36,895 nucleotides of DNA, taken from an uncultured Bacilli bacterium. Lineage in GTDB: Bacteria > Bacillota_I > Bacilli_A > RFN20 > CAG-826. The stretch's first letter is position 1; the number at the start of each line of letters is the position of its first letter. This document shows, in pieces, positions 1 to 7,884 of this stretch. Made by a program: the position numbers and the translations under genes. The stretch covers positions 1 to 36,895 of the forward strand of contig CAJOOD010000015.1 of the NCBI GenBank assembly GCA_905236085.1. The letters run 5' to 3'. The notes under the pieces were generated by a model. That model saw only the letters and a program-made list of their open reading frames with translations. It had not been told where the DNA came from and searched no databases.

Positions 1-2
1 AA

Positions 3-137
3 ATAGACGCCAATAACGTTGGCCATATCGATGTCACCATTGATAAGTCAATATATGGCAAAGATATATTATTTGAAGCATGTTCATACCTAAATAACTC
101 CAAAGTAGTGGGATTGGCTTTATTTAAAATAAAGTAG
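3..137 (+). CDS. 3' end of an unidentified CDS (partial, continues upstream of the window)
   Basis: Frame 3 is open from the window edge (IDANNVGHIDVTIDK...LALFKIK) to TAG at 135-137. No motif recognised. Confidence 0.3.
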   Translation: MDANNVGHIDVTIDKSIYGKDILFEACSYLNNSKVVGLALFKIK

Positions 138-167
138 AAAACGAACAAAAGTTCGATTTATGTTCTG

Positions 168-185
168 AAAGTAATTTATTACTTT
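168..185. promoter_or_regulatory. Palindrome AAAGTAAT-tt-ATTACTTT (weak terminator hairpin or operator)
   Basis: 8-bp complementary arms read directly. Lies between the upstream stop codon and the promoter-like site, and touches the putative -35. Confidence 0.3.
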
Positions 186-212
186 GTTTGAAAGTGCATT
201 TTAAAGTATAAT
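184..212 (+). promoter_or_regulatory. Candidate sigma-70-type promoter for the oxidoreductase-hypA operon
   Basis: TTGTTT (184-189), 17-nt spacer, perfect TATAAT (207-212), about 35 nt upstream of ATG 247. Confidence 0.35.
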
Positions 213-246
213 ACTATGAGAAGTGCGACGCACAAGGAGAATAAGT

Positions 247-3195
247 ATGCCTGAACAAAATAGTAAAGTAATTTCTAAATACCAAGGCGAAGCTAATGCT
301 AATAAGAAATTTATTAAGCTTGGTGGAAAAATTACTGACAACGTAGTCACTAAATTACGTGGCGTTAATTCTAATGACCCAGAATATTGGGGACTTAGAG
401 AAGTCCTAACTGAAGAAATGTGTGATATCGGCTTAAAGATGAAATTAAGACATCCATATACAGTCGAAGAACTCATTCAGATGAATAAGGAAGTGGAACC
501 TGCTCATCTACAAGAATTATTAGATCAAATGGCCTACATCGGTATCTTGGAATACGATTATGGTGATGAATATGTCCCATACGACAAGAGAAATGATGAA
601 GAATTTATTAAGAAATTCAACGAAGAAAAGGCCGCAAAACCTAAAGTAAGAAGATATAAATTACCATTCTACGTCCCAGGAAGTGCGGAATTAATGAATT
701 CCTCTATCGGAAGAATTAACAAAAATCCTGCCGTCACCTCTTTCTTTGAAAGAATGACTTTCTTACCACTTGAAAATATCACCTCAATGGTTCCTCCAGG
801 AGGAGATGGTATTGGTATGCACGTCATCCCTGTTCAAGAAGCCGTAGATATGAATAAAGAAACCATCGACCTAGAAAGAATTTCTTACTGGTTAGATAAA
901 TATGATGGACATATTTCTGCAGGTATATGTTCATGCCGTGCTTCTAGAGCGGTGTTAGGTGAAGCTTGTGATGATGATATTGATGATTGGTGTGTCCAAT
1001 TAGGCGATATGGCTGATTACACCGTGGAAACAAAACGTGCTCACTATATCACCAAAGAAGAAGCTCTTCATATCATGAAGAAAGCTGAAGAAAATGGTTA
1101 CGTTCACCAAACCACTAATATCGATGGTGAAAATAAGATTTTCGATATTTGTAACTGTAACGTTAAAATCTGTAATGCTTTAAGAACTGACTTATTATAT
1201 AACACTCCAAATATGGAACGTTCCTCCTTTACCGCTCATGTCGATAAAGAAAAATGTGTCGCTTGTGGTAGATGTGTTGAAGTATGTCCAGCCGGTGCGG
1301 TTAAATTAGGTCAAAAATTATGCTTAGCGGATGGTTCTACACAAGAATATCCACATCAAGTCTTACCAGATAAAATCAGATGGGGCAAATATGCTTGGGA
1401 TGAAAATTATCGTGACACCATTCGTGTTAATACATATCCAAGTGGTACCGCTCCATGTAAGACTGCATGTCCAGCTCATGTACCTGTTCAAGGTTATTTA
1501 AAGATGGCACATGAAGGCCGTTATGAAGAAGCCTTAGCCTTAATTAAACGTGAAAACCCATTCCCAGCCGTTTGTGGTCGTATTTGTAACAAACGTTGTG
1601 AAGCCGCTTGTACTAGAGGTGTTGTTGATGAAGCAGTCTCTATCGATGCAGTTAAGAAATTCTTAGCGGACCGCGAAATCAAGCAAGAACATCGCTATGT
1701 TCCAAAGAAGAGAATAGCAAAAGTTCATGGCGAATTTGAACAAAAGATCGCTATTATTGGTGCTGGTCCTGCTGGCTTATCCGCTGCCTACTATTTAGCG
1801 GAAAGAGGCTTCCATCCAACAGTATTCGAAAAGAATGCTAAAGCTGGTGGCATGATGACATATGGTATTCCAACTTATAAATTAGAAAAAGATGTCATCG
1901 ATGCTGAAATCGAAATCATTAAAGAATTAGGCGCTGAAATTAAATTAGGCGTGGAAGTTGGTAAAGATATCACTATCGCTCAACTTAAAGAACAAGGTTA
2001 TAAGACCTTCTATATCGCTATCGGATGTCAAGGTGGTAGAAGACCTGGTGTTGCTAATGACACCGCCAAAGGAACATCTATCGCTGTTGAATTCTTAAAA
2101 GGCGCTTATGAAAATCAAAATCAAAAATTAGACGGTGATGTCGTAGTTATTGGTGGCGGTAATGTCGCTATCGACTGCGCTAGAACCGCACAAAGATTTA
2201 ATGCCGCATCTGTTTCTATGTTCTGCTTAGAAACTAGAGCTACTATGCCTGCAACTGATGAAGAAGTTAAAGAAGCGGAAGAAGAAGGCATTAAAGTCAA
2301 TCCATCTTGGGGACCAAAAGAAGTTCTTGTTGATGAAAAAGGAAATGTTAAGGGCATCATCTTAAAGAAATGTCTATCCACAATCGATCCAGAAACTGGT
2401 AAATTCTCACCTAAATATGATGAAAATGATACCATCGAAGTCGCTTGTAAACACATCGTCTTTGCTATCGGACAAGCTATTGAATGGGGCCACTTATTAG
2501 ATGGTACTGGTGTAACATTCTGGCACGGAAATTATCCAATCGCTGATAAAGTTACATATCAAACCGCTGATCCAGATATCTTCGTTGGTGGTGATGTCTA
2601 TAGTGGACCAAAATTTGTCATCGACGCTATCGCCGCTGGTCATGAAGCTGCTGAATCATTAATTAGACATGCTACTGAAGCTCATTTGACCATTGGTAGA
2701 GATAAGAGATATTTCTTAGAATTAGATAAGAATAATTTCAGGACTCCAGATGGATATGATGTCTCTGGTAGAAATGAAGTTGGTATGGATGAAACTATTG
2801 ATTATAAGAAATCATTCAAGGATGCTCACTTAACATTCAGCGAAGAACAAGTTAGAAAAGAAACTAATAGATGTCTATCTTGTGGTGCTTCATATGTCGA
2901 TAATAATAGATGTATCGGATGTGGATTATGTACCACTAGATGTGAATTCGACGCTATTCATTTAGTTAGAGATCACCCACAAAATACCAATTACCGTGTA
3001 GCAGAAAAGAAGATTACTGGTTTAGCCGCTTATGCTTTACCAAGAGCCTTCAAGATTTTAGGACATTCCGGTTCTAAAGAAGCCCGTATGATGAGAGCGA
3101 AACGTAAAGCCTTCTTAAAAGCTAGAAAGGCTGATCCAAATAAAGATAATCTCAAACATACAGGTAATGCGGTCGAATTTGTCGATAAGAGATAA
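247..3195 (+). CDS. Multidomain Fe-S flavoprotein oxidoreductase (GltD / glutamate synthase small-subunit-like NAD(P)H core with extra 4Fe-4S domains)
   Basis: Start moved from GTG 223 to ATG 247 (AAGGAGA at 234-240, 6-nt spacing). Motifs: CVACGRCVEVCP; CKTACP...NPFPAVCGRICNKRCEAAC (GltD-type N-terminal Fe-S region); IAIIGAGPAGLSAAYYL and VVVIGGGNVAIDCA (two Rossmann GxGxxG); C-terminal CLSCG...CIGCGLCTTRCEF. The Cys-rich N-terminal ~330 aa is unassigned. Confidence 0.85.
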   Translation: MPEQNSKVISKYQGEANANKKFIKLGGKITDNVVTKLRGVNSNDPEYWGLREVLTEEMCDIGLKMKLRHPYTVEELIQMNKEVEPAHLQELLDQMAYIGILEYDYGDEYVPYDKRNDEEFIKKFNEEKAAKPKVRRYKLPFYVPGSAELMNSSIGRINKNPAVTSFFERMTFLPLENITSMVPPGGDGIGMHVIPVQEAVDMNKETIDLERISYWLDKYDGHISAGICSCRASRAVLGEACDDDIDDWCVQLGDMADYTVETKRAHYITKEEALHIMKKAEENGYVHQTTNIDGENKIFDICNCNVKICNALRTDLLYNTPNMERSSFTAHVDKEKCVACGRCVEVCPAGAVKLGQKLCLADGSTQEYPHQVLPDKIRWGKYAWDENYRDTIRVNTYPSGTAPCKTACPAHVPVQGYLKMAHEGRYEEALALIKRENPFPAVCGRICNKRCEAACTRGVVDEAVSIDAVKKFLADREIKQEHRYVPKKRIAKVHGEFEQKIAIIGAGPAGLSAAYYLAERGFHPTVFEKNAKAGGMMTYGIPTYKLEKDVIDAEIEIIKELGAEIKLGVEVGKDITIAQLKEQGYKTFYIAIGCQGGRRPGVANDTAKGTSIAVEFLKGAYENQNQKLDGDVVVIGGGNVAIDCARTAQRFNAASVSMFCLETRATMPATDEEVKEAEEEGIKVNPSWGPKEVLVDEKGNVKGIILKKCLSTIDPETGKFSPKYDENDTIEVACKHIVFAIGQAIEWGHLLDGTGVTFWHGNYPIADKVTYQTADPDIFVGGDVYSGPKFVIDAIAAGHEAAESLIRHATEAHLTIGRDKRYFLELDKNNFRTPDGYDVSGRNEVGMDETIDYKKSFKDAHLTFSEEQVRKETNRCLSCGASYVDNNRCIGCGLCTTRCEFDAIHLVRDHPQNTNYRVAEKKITGLAAYALPRAFKILGHSGSKEARMMRAKRKAFLKARKADPNKDNLKHTGNAVEFVDKR

Positions 3196-3551
3196 TGCAC
3201 GAATTAGGTATTATATTTCATATCATTGACCAAGTAGAAAAGGTCGCTACTGAAAATAAGGTTAAAAGAGTGGAATCGGTAACCTTAGAAGTAGGCGAAG
3301 TATCCACGATAGTTCCTGACTATTTCAAAGATTGTTGGAAATGGGCCGTGGAAAAGACTGAACATATGCAAGGTGCGAAGTTAGATATGATTATCATTCA
3401 GGCAAAAACGTATTGCCAAGACTGCGAACAAACATATGAAACAGTAAGGTATGGAAAAATCTGCCCTTATTGTCGAAGTGAAAAAACCTATCTATTAACC
3501 GGTAAGGACGTCTCTATTAAAGAGATGGCGGTTGCCGAATACGAAGAATAG
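3195..3551 (+). CDS. hypA: HypA/HybF-family nickel metallochaperone (hydrogenase maturation factor)
   Basis: N-terminal MHE nickel motif (MHELGI...). Zn site CQDC...CPYC. 118 aa. The ATG shares one nt with the upstream TAA (ATAATG). Confidence 0.85.
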   Translation: MHELGIIFHIIDQVEKVATENKVKRVESVTLEVGEVSTIVPDYFKDCWKWAVEKTEHMQGAKLDMIIIQAKTYCQDCEQTYETVRYGKICPYCRSEKTYLLTGKDVSIKEMAVAEYEE

Positions 3552-3563
3552 ATAAATCGAATT

Positions 3564-3596
3564 ACTCTCCATGCGAAATGTGTGGAGAGTTTTTTC
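3564..3596 (+). terminator. Rho-independent terminator after hypA
   Basis: ACTCTCCA (3564-3571) pairs with TGGAGAGT (3583-3590), followed by a T-run. Confidence 0.75.
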
Positions 3597-3607
3597 ATAT
3601 TTTTATC

Positions 3608-3637
3608 TTTACAATTGCACATATAAAGCAATACAAT
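3608..3637 (+). promoter_or_regulatory. Candidate promoter of the six-gene island operon
   Basis: TTTACA (3608-3613), 18-nt spacer, TACAAT (3632-3637). Sits just downstream of the hypA terminator and ~37 nt upstream of ATG 3674. Confidence 0.5.
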
Positions 3638-3660
3638 ATAAGTGCAATAAGAAAAATTGC
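3614..3660. promoter_or_regulatory. Operator-like repeat set ATTGC/GCAAT x4 overlapping the promoter
   Basis: ATTGC 3614-3618, GCAAT 3628-3632, GCAAT 3644-3648, ATTGC 3656-3660. 7-bp inverted repeat ATTGCAC (3614-3620) / GTGCAAT (3642-3648) brackets the -10. Confidence 0.4.
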
Positions 3661-3673
3661 GAGGAGGGAATAT

Positions 3674-3871
3674 ATGGCTAAAACAGTTAATTTCACCGTT
3701 AGAGTGGACGCAGATATCAAGGAAGAAGCCGAAGAATTATTTAAGGACTTAGGTCTTAATCTAACTTCCGCGGTTAATATCTTCTTAAGAGAATGTGTTC
3801 GTCGTAACGGCATTCCGTTTGAAGTAAGCCGCAACGCTGCCAAAGCAAAAATAGAAGAATTAGAAAGATAA
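3674..3871 (+). CDS. RelB/DinJ-family ribbon-helix-helix protein (antitoxin-like, probable operon regulator)
   Basis: Start moved to ATG 3674 (GAGGAGGG at 3661-3668). 65 aa. VNFTVRVDADIKEEAEELFKDLGLNLTSAVNIFLRECVRRNGIPFEV matches the RelB/DinJ pattern. Confidence 0.8.
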   Translation: MAKTVNFTVRVDADIKEEAEELFKDLGLNLTSAVNIFLRECVRRNGIPFEVSRNAAKAKIEELER

Positions 3872-3892
3872 TTAATTTGTGAGGGATTATTT

Positions 3893-5221
3893 ATGATTTT
3901 TAAAAAAGGAGAAAATGTCGTCTTCACTGATTCTAGCAAGGCCACTGTCGTGGAGGAATTAGGAAGCGGCAAACAAGGTGTAGTTTATAAAGTTAAATAT
4001 AATAATGATTTTTATGCTTTAAAAATGTATAAATCTTCATTTCTTAAAAACCTTAAAGCTAGACATAAAGATAAAAAGTTCTATTTAAATCTAGCGGATA
4101 ATGTTTCTAGACAGACTGTTAGTCCAAACTTTATTTGGCCTTTAAGATTAACCGAAACATTTGATGATGGAACTTATGGTTATTTAATGGAATTAATCCC
4201 TGCAAATTATACCTCTTTTATGAAAATCCTTGCAAATCCCAGCAAATTAAAAGCAAATTATTTCTTTTCTATTGTCACCAAGGCATCGATAAATGTCGTT
4301 GATACATTAAGAAAGTTATTCATCAACGGCTTAAGTTTCCAAGACTTCAATGATGGCAGTTTATACATCAATCAAGATAATGGCGATATTAAAATTTGTG
4401 ACTGCGATAACATTGGACCAAATAATAAAGAAGCATTTATCTTAGGTAAATATCAATATATGGCCCCAGAGATTGCTTTAGGTCAAAAATTACCCAATCG
4501 AAGATCAGATCAATTCTCTTTATCGGTTATCTTATTTACCATGTTCTTCTTAACTAGGCCATTTGATGGGAAAGCTTATCGAAGCGAAATACCATCTGAA
4601 TCGGTAAATATCAAATATTTTGGAGAAAATCCGGTTTATATTTGTAATCCAAACGATCATTCTAATGGTCCGGTTAGAGGTATACATCGTGCGTTGATAT
4701 CTTTGTATCCTAAATATCCTGATTATCTTAAGCAAGCATTCTTAAAAGAATATACTCAAGGTTTAAAAAATGAGAACGCTAGACTTCAAGAAGATGAATG
4801 GCTATTTATCTTAACGAGATTAGAAAGCGATATCATCAAATGTCCATATTGTAAGGAAGAGATGTTTGTTAAAGATTTATCTCAAGATGTTTGTCAATGT
4901 GAAGAATGCAAGAAGACCTTTACTAGACCCACAATGCTATATGCGAATGAAAATGAGCATCTATATGGAGAATTTGGAAGGAAATTATACCGTTGGCAAG
5001 TGGACAATTCGCGTTTATTCTCTAATTCATCCTTAGACGTCTTAGGGGAAGTCACAGCCTCTAAAAAGAATCCAAATATTAAAATATTAAAGAATTTATC
5101 AAGAGATACATGGATATTAAATTATCAAGGAGAAGACAAAGAAATCTCTCCTGATAAGAATCTGCCATTAATTCGCGGACAATATGTCACGATTAATAAT
5201 AAAAAATTTACCATAAAATAA
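3893..5221 (+). CDS. Hanks-type Ser/Thr protein kinase with C-terminal Zn ribbon and FHA-like domain
   Basis: Gly loop GSGKQGVVY; YALK (K44); catalytic-loop-like FQDFNDGS; DFG-like CDCD; YMAPE; RSDQFSLSVILF. Zn ribbon CPYC...CQCEEC (aa 317-339). The ~90-aa tail resembles FHA (inference). Confidence 0.8.
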   Translation: MIFKKGENVVFTDSSKATVVEELGSGKQGVVYKVKYNNDFYALKMYKSSFLKNLKARHKDKKFYLNLADNVSRQTVSPNFIWPLRLTETFDDGTYGYLMELIPANYTSFMKILANPSKLKANYFFSIVTKASINVVDTLRKLFINGLSFQDFNDGSLYINQDNGDIKICDCDNIGPNNKEAFILGKYQYMAPEIALGQKLPNRRSDQFSLSVILFTMFFLTRPFDGKAYRSEIPSESVNIKYFGENPVYICNPNDHSNGPVRGIHRALISLYPKYPDYLKQAFLKEYTQGLKNENARLQEDEWLFILTRLESDIIKCPYCKEEMFVKDLSQDVCQCEECKKTFTRPTMLYANENEHLYGEFGRKLYRWQVDNSRLFSNSSLDVLGEVTASKKNPNIKILKNLSRDTWILNYQGEDKEISPDKNLPLIRGQYVTINNKKFTIK

Positions 5222-5233
5222 GGAGCATGAATT

Positions 5234-5974
5234 ATGTTAGTACCAGGTACACAAAAAAGACAATGCCTAATCTATTTAGTCATTGATACATCAGGAAGCA
5301 TGGATGGAACCAAGATTTCTCAGGTTAATTATTCCATACCTCAAGTATTATCAAGTATTCAAGATCTAAATGACTCTAATCCAGAAGCGGAGATAGAAGT
5401 GGCTTTATTAGCCTTTGATAGTCACGCTAGATGGGTAACTAAAAATCCAGAAAAACCAGAAGATTTGAAAAAACACTGGAAAGATTTAACCGCGAATGGA
5501 TTAACCGAATTAGGCGAAGCATGTAATTTCTTAAATGAAAAAATGCATAGAACCAAAAACGGAGGATTTCACGATGATTCCGCAGGTGCTTTAACTGCGG
5601 GTGTTATCTTTATTACTGATGGACTTCCAACTGGTTCATATAAACCAGCCTTAGCTAAATTACAAAAAAATCATTGGTATAAAGATGCTTTTAAATATTG
5701 TTTAGCTTGTGGTGATGATTTAAGCGAAGGAATGTCAGTATTTGAAGAATTAGTGGGTAACAATGAATGTATTCACCTCATTTCTGATGAAAATGCTTGT
5801 CGCTTAGGTGATTATATCCGTGTCGTTACCGCGATTGTGTCTGATTCAGTTTCATCTACTATTCCATTAGGAGAAACTAATAAAGAAGATAATAATCAAG
5901 GAACATTTAATCAAGACGCGGTTGATCAAATTAATGAAGAAGTTAAATCAATCGACGATTTAATTGACGACTAG
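5234..5974 (+). CDS. von Willebrand factor A (vWA) protein, TerY-like
   Basis: MIDAS motif DTSGS (D18/S20/S22), downstream T (GLTELG) and D (FITDGLPT). AAGGAG at 5220-5225. Acidic C-terminal tail. Confidence 0.85.
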   Translation: MLVPGTQKRQCLIYLVIDTSGSMDGTKISQVNYSIPQVLSSIQDLNDSNPEAEIEVALLAFDSHARWVTKNPEKPEDLKKHWKDLTANGLTELGEACNFLNEKMHRTKNGGFHDDSAGALTAGVIFITDGLPTGSYKPALAKLQKNHWYKDAFKYCLACGDDLSEGMSVFEELVGNNECIHLISDENACRLGDYIRVVTAIVSDSVSSTIPLGETNKEDNNQGTFNQDAVDQINEEVKSIDDLIDD

Positions 5975-5984
5975 GAGAAAGAAC

Positions 5985-6923
5985 ATGTTTGTCTCAAAGA
6001 TGTATTTTGTAACCGGTAATGCATCATTTATCGGTGCCTCACATGTTAGAAATAAAACTGTCTGCCAAGATGCATCTATTTCTCTTGTCGAAGAAAGAAC
6101 GAGAAAATACGCTCTATCTGCGGTTAGCGATGGACATGGTTCTAAGAAACATTTTCGTAGCGAATTAGGTTCTAAATTCGCTATTGAATGCGCAAAAGAA
6201 GTCGCTGAGAAAATATCAAGAAATTACCATAAAATTTTAAAAAATCTCAAAAAATATGGGGGATATGACGATAATTTTCTAAATTATATCGCCTCACAAA
6301 TAATCATTTTATGGAACAAAAAATGCATAGAGCATGTTAAAAATCATCCTTATGTTAATGATGAGAAATATCTTTTGTTAACTGATGAAGATAAGGCTTC
6401 TATTAATAAAGATAATGATTATATAAATGGAGACATTAATAATTTAAAAGCTTATGGAGCAACATTTCTCATGTATATCCGTTTTAAGGATTTCTCTTTG
6501 GTTCTGAAATTAGGGGATGGCAATGTCTTATTTATCAAAGATGAGAAAATATATGAAGATGAATCTATCATTGATAACAATTTAAAATTCAATCTAACAT
6601 CTTCATTGTGTTCTGAAGATGCCTTAAAGAAATTTAATTACAAATTCTTCGATAAAGAAAATACTCCAGATGCCGTATTAATTTCTAGCGATGGAATAAT
6701 TAATTCTTTTGAAAACGAGCAATATTTTTATACTTACTGCGCTAAAGTGGTCGATTTATATCTAAAAGAAGATAAGAGTTACGAAGATAAGATTAAGGAA
6801 CTATTAGAATCATTATCATATATCACCGAAACAGGTTCAGGCGATGATTGTTCTATAGCCTTTGTTATCAATAAAGATATCTCTCAATTTATCAAAGAAT
6901 ATCTAGCTAAGAAGGAAAATTAA
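5985..6923 (+). CDS. PP2C-family Ser/Thr protein phosphatase (PP2C_2-like)
   Basis: Start moved from TTG 5964 to ATG 5985 (AGGAGA at 5973-5978). Motifs: GASHVRNKTVCQD, AVSDGHGS, LGDGN, ISSDGI, GSGDDCSIAF. Confidence 0.8.
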   Translation: MFVSKMYFVTGNASFIGASHVRNKTVCQDASISLVEERTRKYALSAVSDGHGSKKHFRSELGSKFAIECAKEVAEKISRNYHKILKNLKKYGGYDDNFLNYIASQIIILWNKKCIEHVKNHPYVNDEKYLLLTDEDKASINKDNDYINGDINNLKAYGATFLMYIRFKDFSLVLKLGDGNVLFIKDEKIYEDESIIDNNLKFNLTSSLCSEDALKKFNYKFFDKENTPDAVLISSDGIINSFENEQYFYTYCAKVVDLYLKEDKSYEDKIKELLESLSYITETGSGDDCSIAFVINKDISQFIKEYLAKKEN

Positions 6924-6924
6924 A

Positions 6925-7875
6925 ATGTTTACCTTTTATTATTCCCAACTGAATTCGATTGAAAAGAAGATATATAACCAATATCTCTCAACTTTAAAAG
7001 AGAAGAAAAATACTTTTATAGTCACAGGGAATATCAAAGAAGAAAATCTTCTTCGAGCAAGAGATGCTTTGTTCTTCGATCATGCTGAAATATATGAACA
7101 AAGTAACGCCATGTCATATATGTTCTTGGGAAATATGTTAAAGGTGGAACTTGATTATTATTTTTCTATTGAAGATATAAAGAAATATGAACAAGAAATA
7201 ATTGCCTCTGTTATTAATAATTTTAAATTCTTAAAGATGTTATCTAGTGATTATGACAAATTAAAATATATTCATGATTATTTCTGCAACCATGTCACTT
7301 ATGATTTAGAAGAAGAAAACGCTTTTAATATCCTTGGACCACTTCTTAAAAATAGAGGTGTTTGTCAAGGGGTGGCTATGTCAGTAAAACTGATATGTGA
7401 TTATTTAAAAATCAAATGTTATATCGCCTATGGAACATTAAAAAAGGATGATGGAGAAGAAGGACATGCCTGGAATGTCGTTAATATCAATGATAATTGG
7501 TATCATTTAGATCTCACAAATGATTTAAATAATTATCAATTCTCTCTTGTATCATATGATTATTTTCTAATCTCCGATAGCGACATTTATAAGACTCATA
7601 CTCCTACAAAAGATTTTAAGATGATGCCGTGTATCGATAATAAACTGAATTATTATTACATGAATCATATCGCTTTTAATTCTTTATCTAAAGCGGTGGA
7701 TTATATAAATAACGCTTTTAAAAGTAGAGATGTTGTTAGGTTTAGATTATTGAGCAATGATGAAAAAGATTATTTTACTAGAATATTTACACGCATCAAA
7801 CTTACATCATATCAATCTATGAAATTAGAATATGTATTTAATAAACATTTAAACACTTACACAGTAAAAATATAA
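6925..7875 (+). CDS. Transglutaminase-like (papain-fold) Cys-His-Asp protein, cytoplasmic
   Basis: RGVCQGVAMSVKLICDYL (C147), EGHAWNVV (H181), WYHLDLT (D196). No signal peptide. The ATG is 1 nt after the PP2C stop. Confidence 0.8.
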   Translation: MFTFYYSQLNSIEKKIYNQYLSTLKEKKNTFIVTGNIKEENLLRARDALFFDHAEIYEQSNAMSYMFLGNMLKVELDYYFSIEDIKKYEQEIIASVINNFKFLKMLSSDYDKLKYIHDYFCNHVTYDLEEENAFNILGPLLKNRGVCQGVAMSVKLICDYLKIKCYIAYGTLKKDDGEEGHAWNVVNINDNWYHLDLTNDLNNYQFSLVSYDYFLISDSDIYKTHTPTKDFKMMPCIDNKLNYYYMNHIAFNSLSKAVDYINNAFKSRDVVRFRLLSNDEKDYFTRIFTRIKLTSYQSMKLEYVFNKHLNTYTVKI

Positions 7876-7884
7876 GGAAAGACA

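Noticed and set aside
3595-3972. 125-aa minus-strand ORF spanning the island promoter, the RHH gene and the kinase start
   Set aside because: It is antisense to a strongly motif-supported RelB/DinJ gene. It has no SD and a low-complexity L/S/I-rich translation, which is typical of an AT-rich antisense frame.
3674-5221. The RHH gene plus the kinase as a conventional type II toxin-antitoxin pair
   Set aside because: The kinase is a 442-aa Hanks-type multidomain protein, not a RelE/YafQ or HipA-fold toxin. It is embedded in a longer coupled operon. The idea is kept only as an analogy in the findings.
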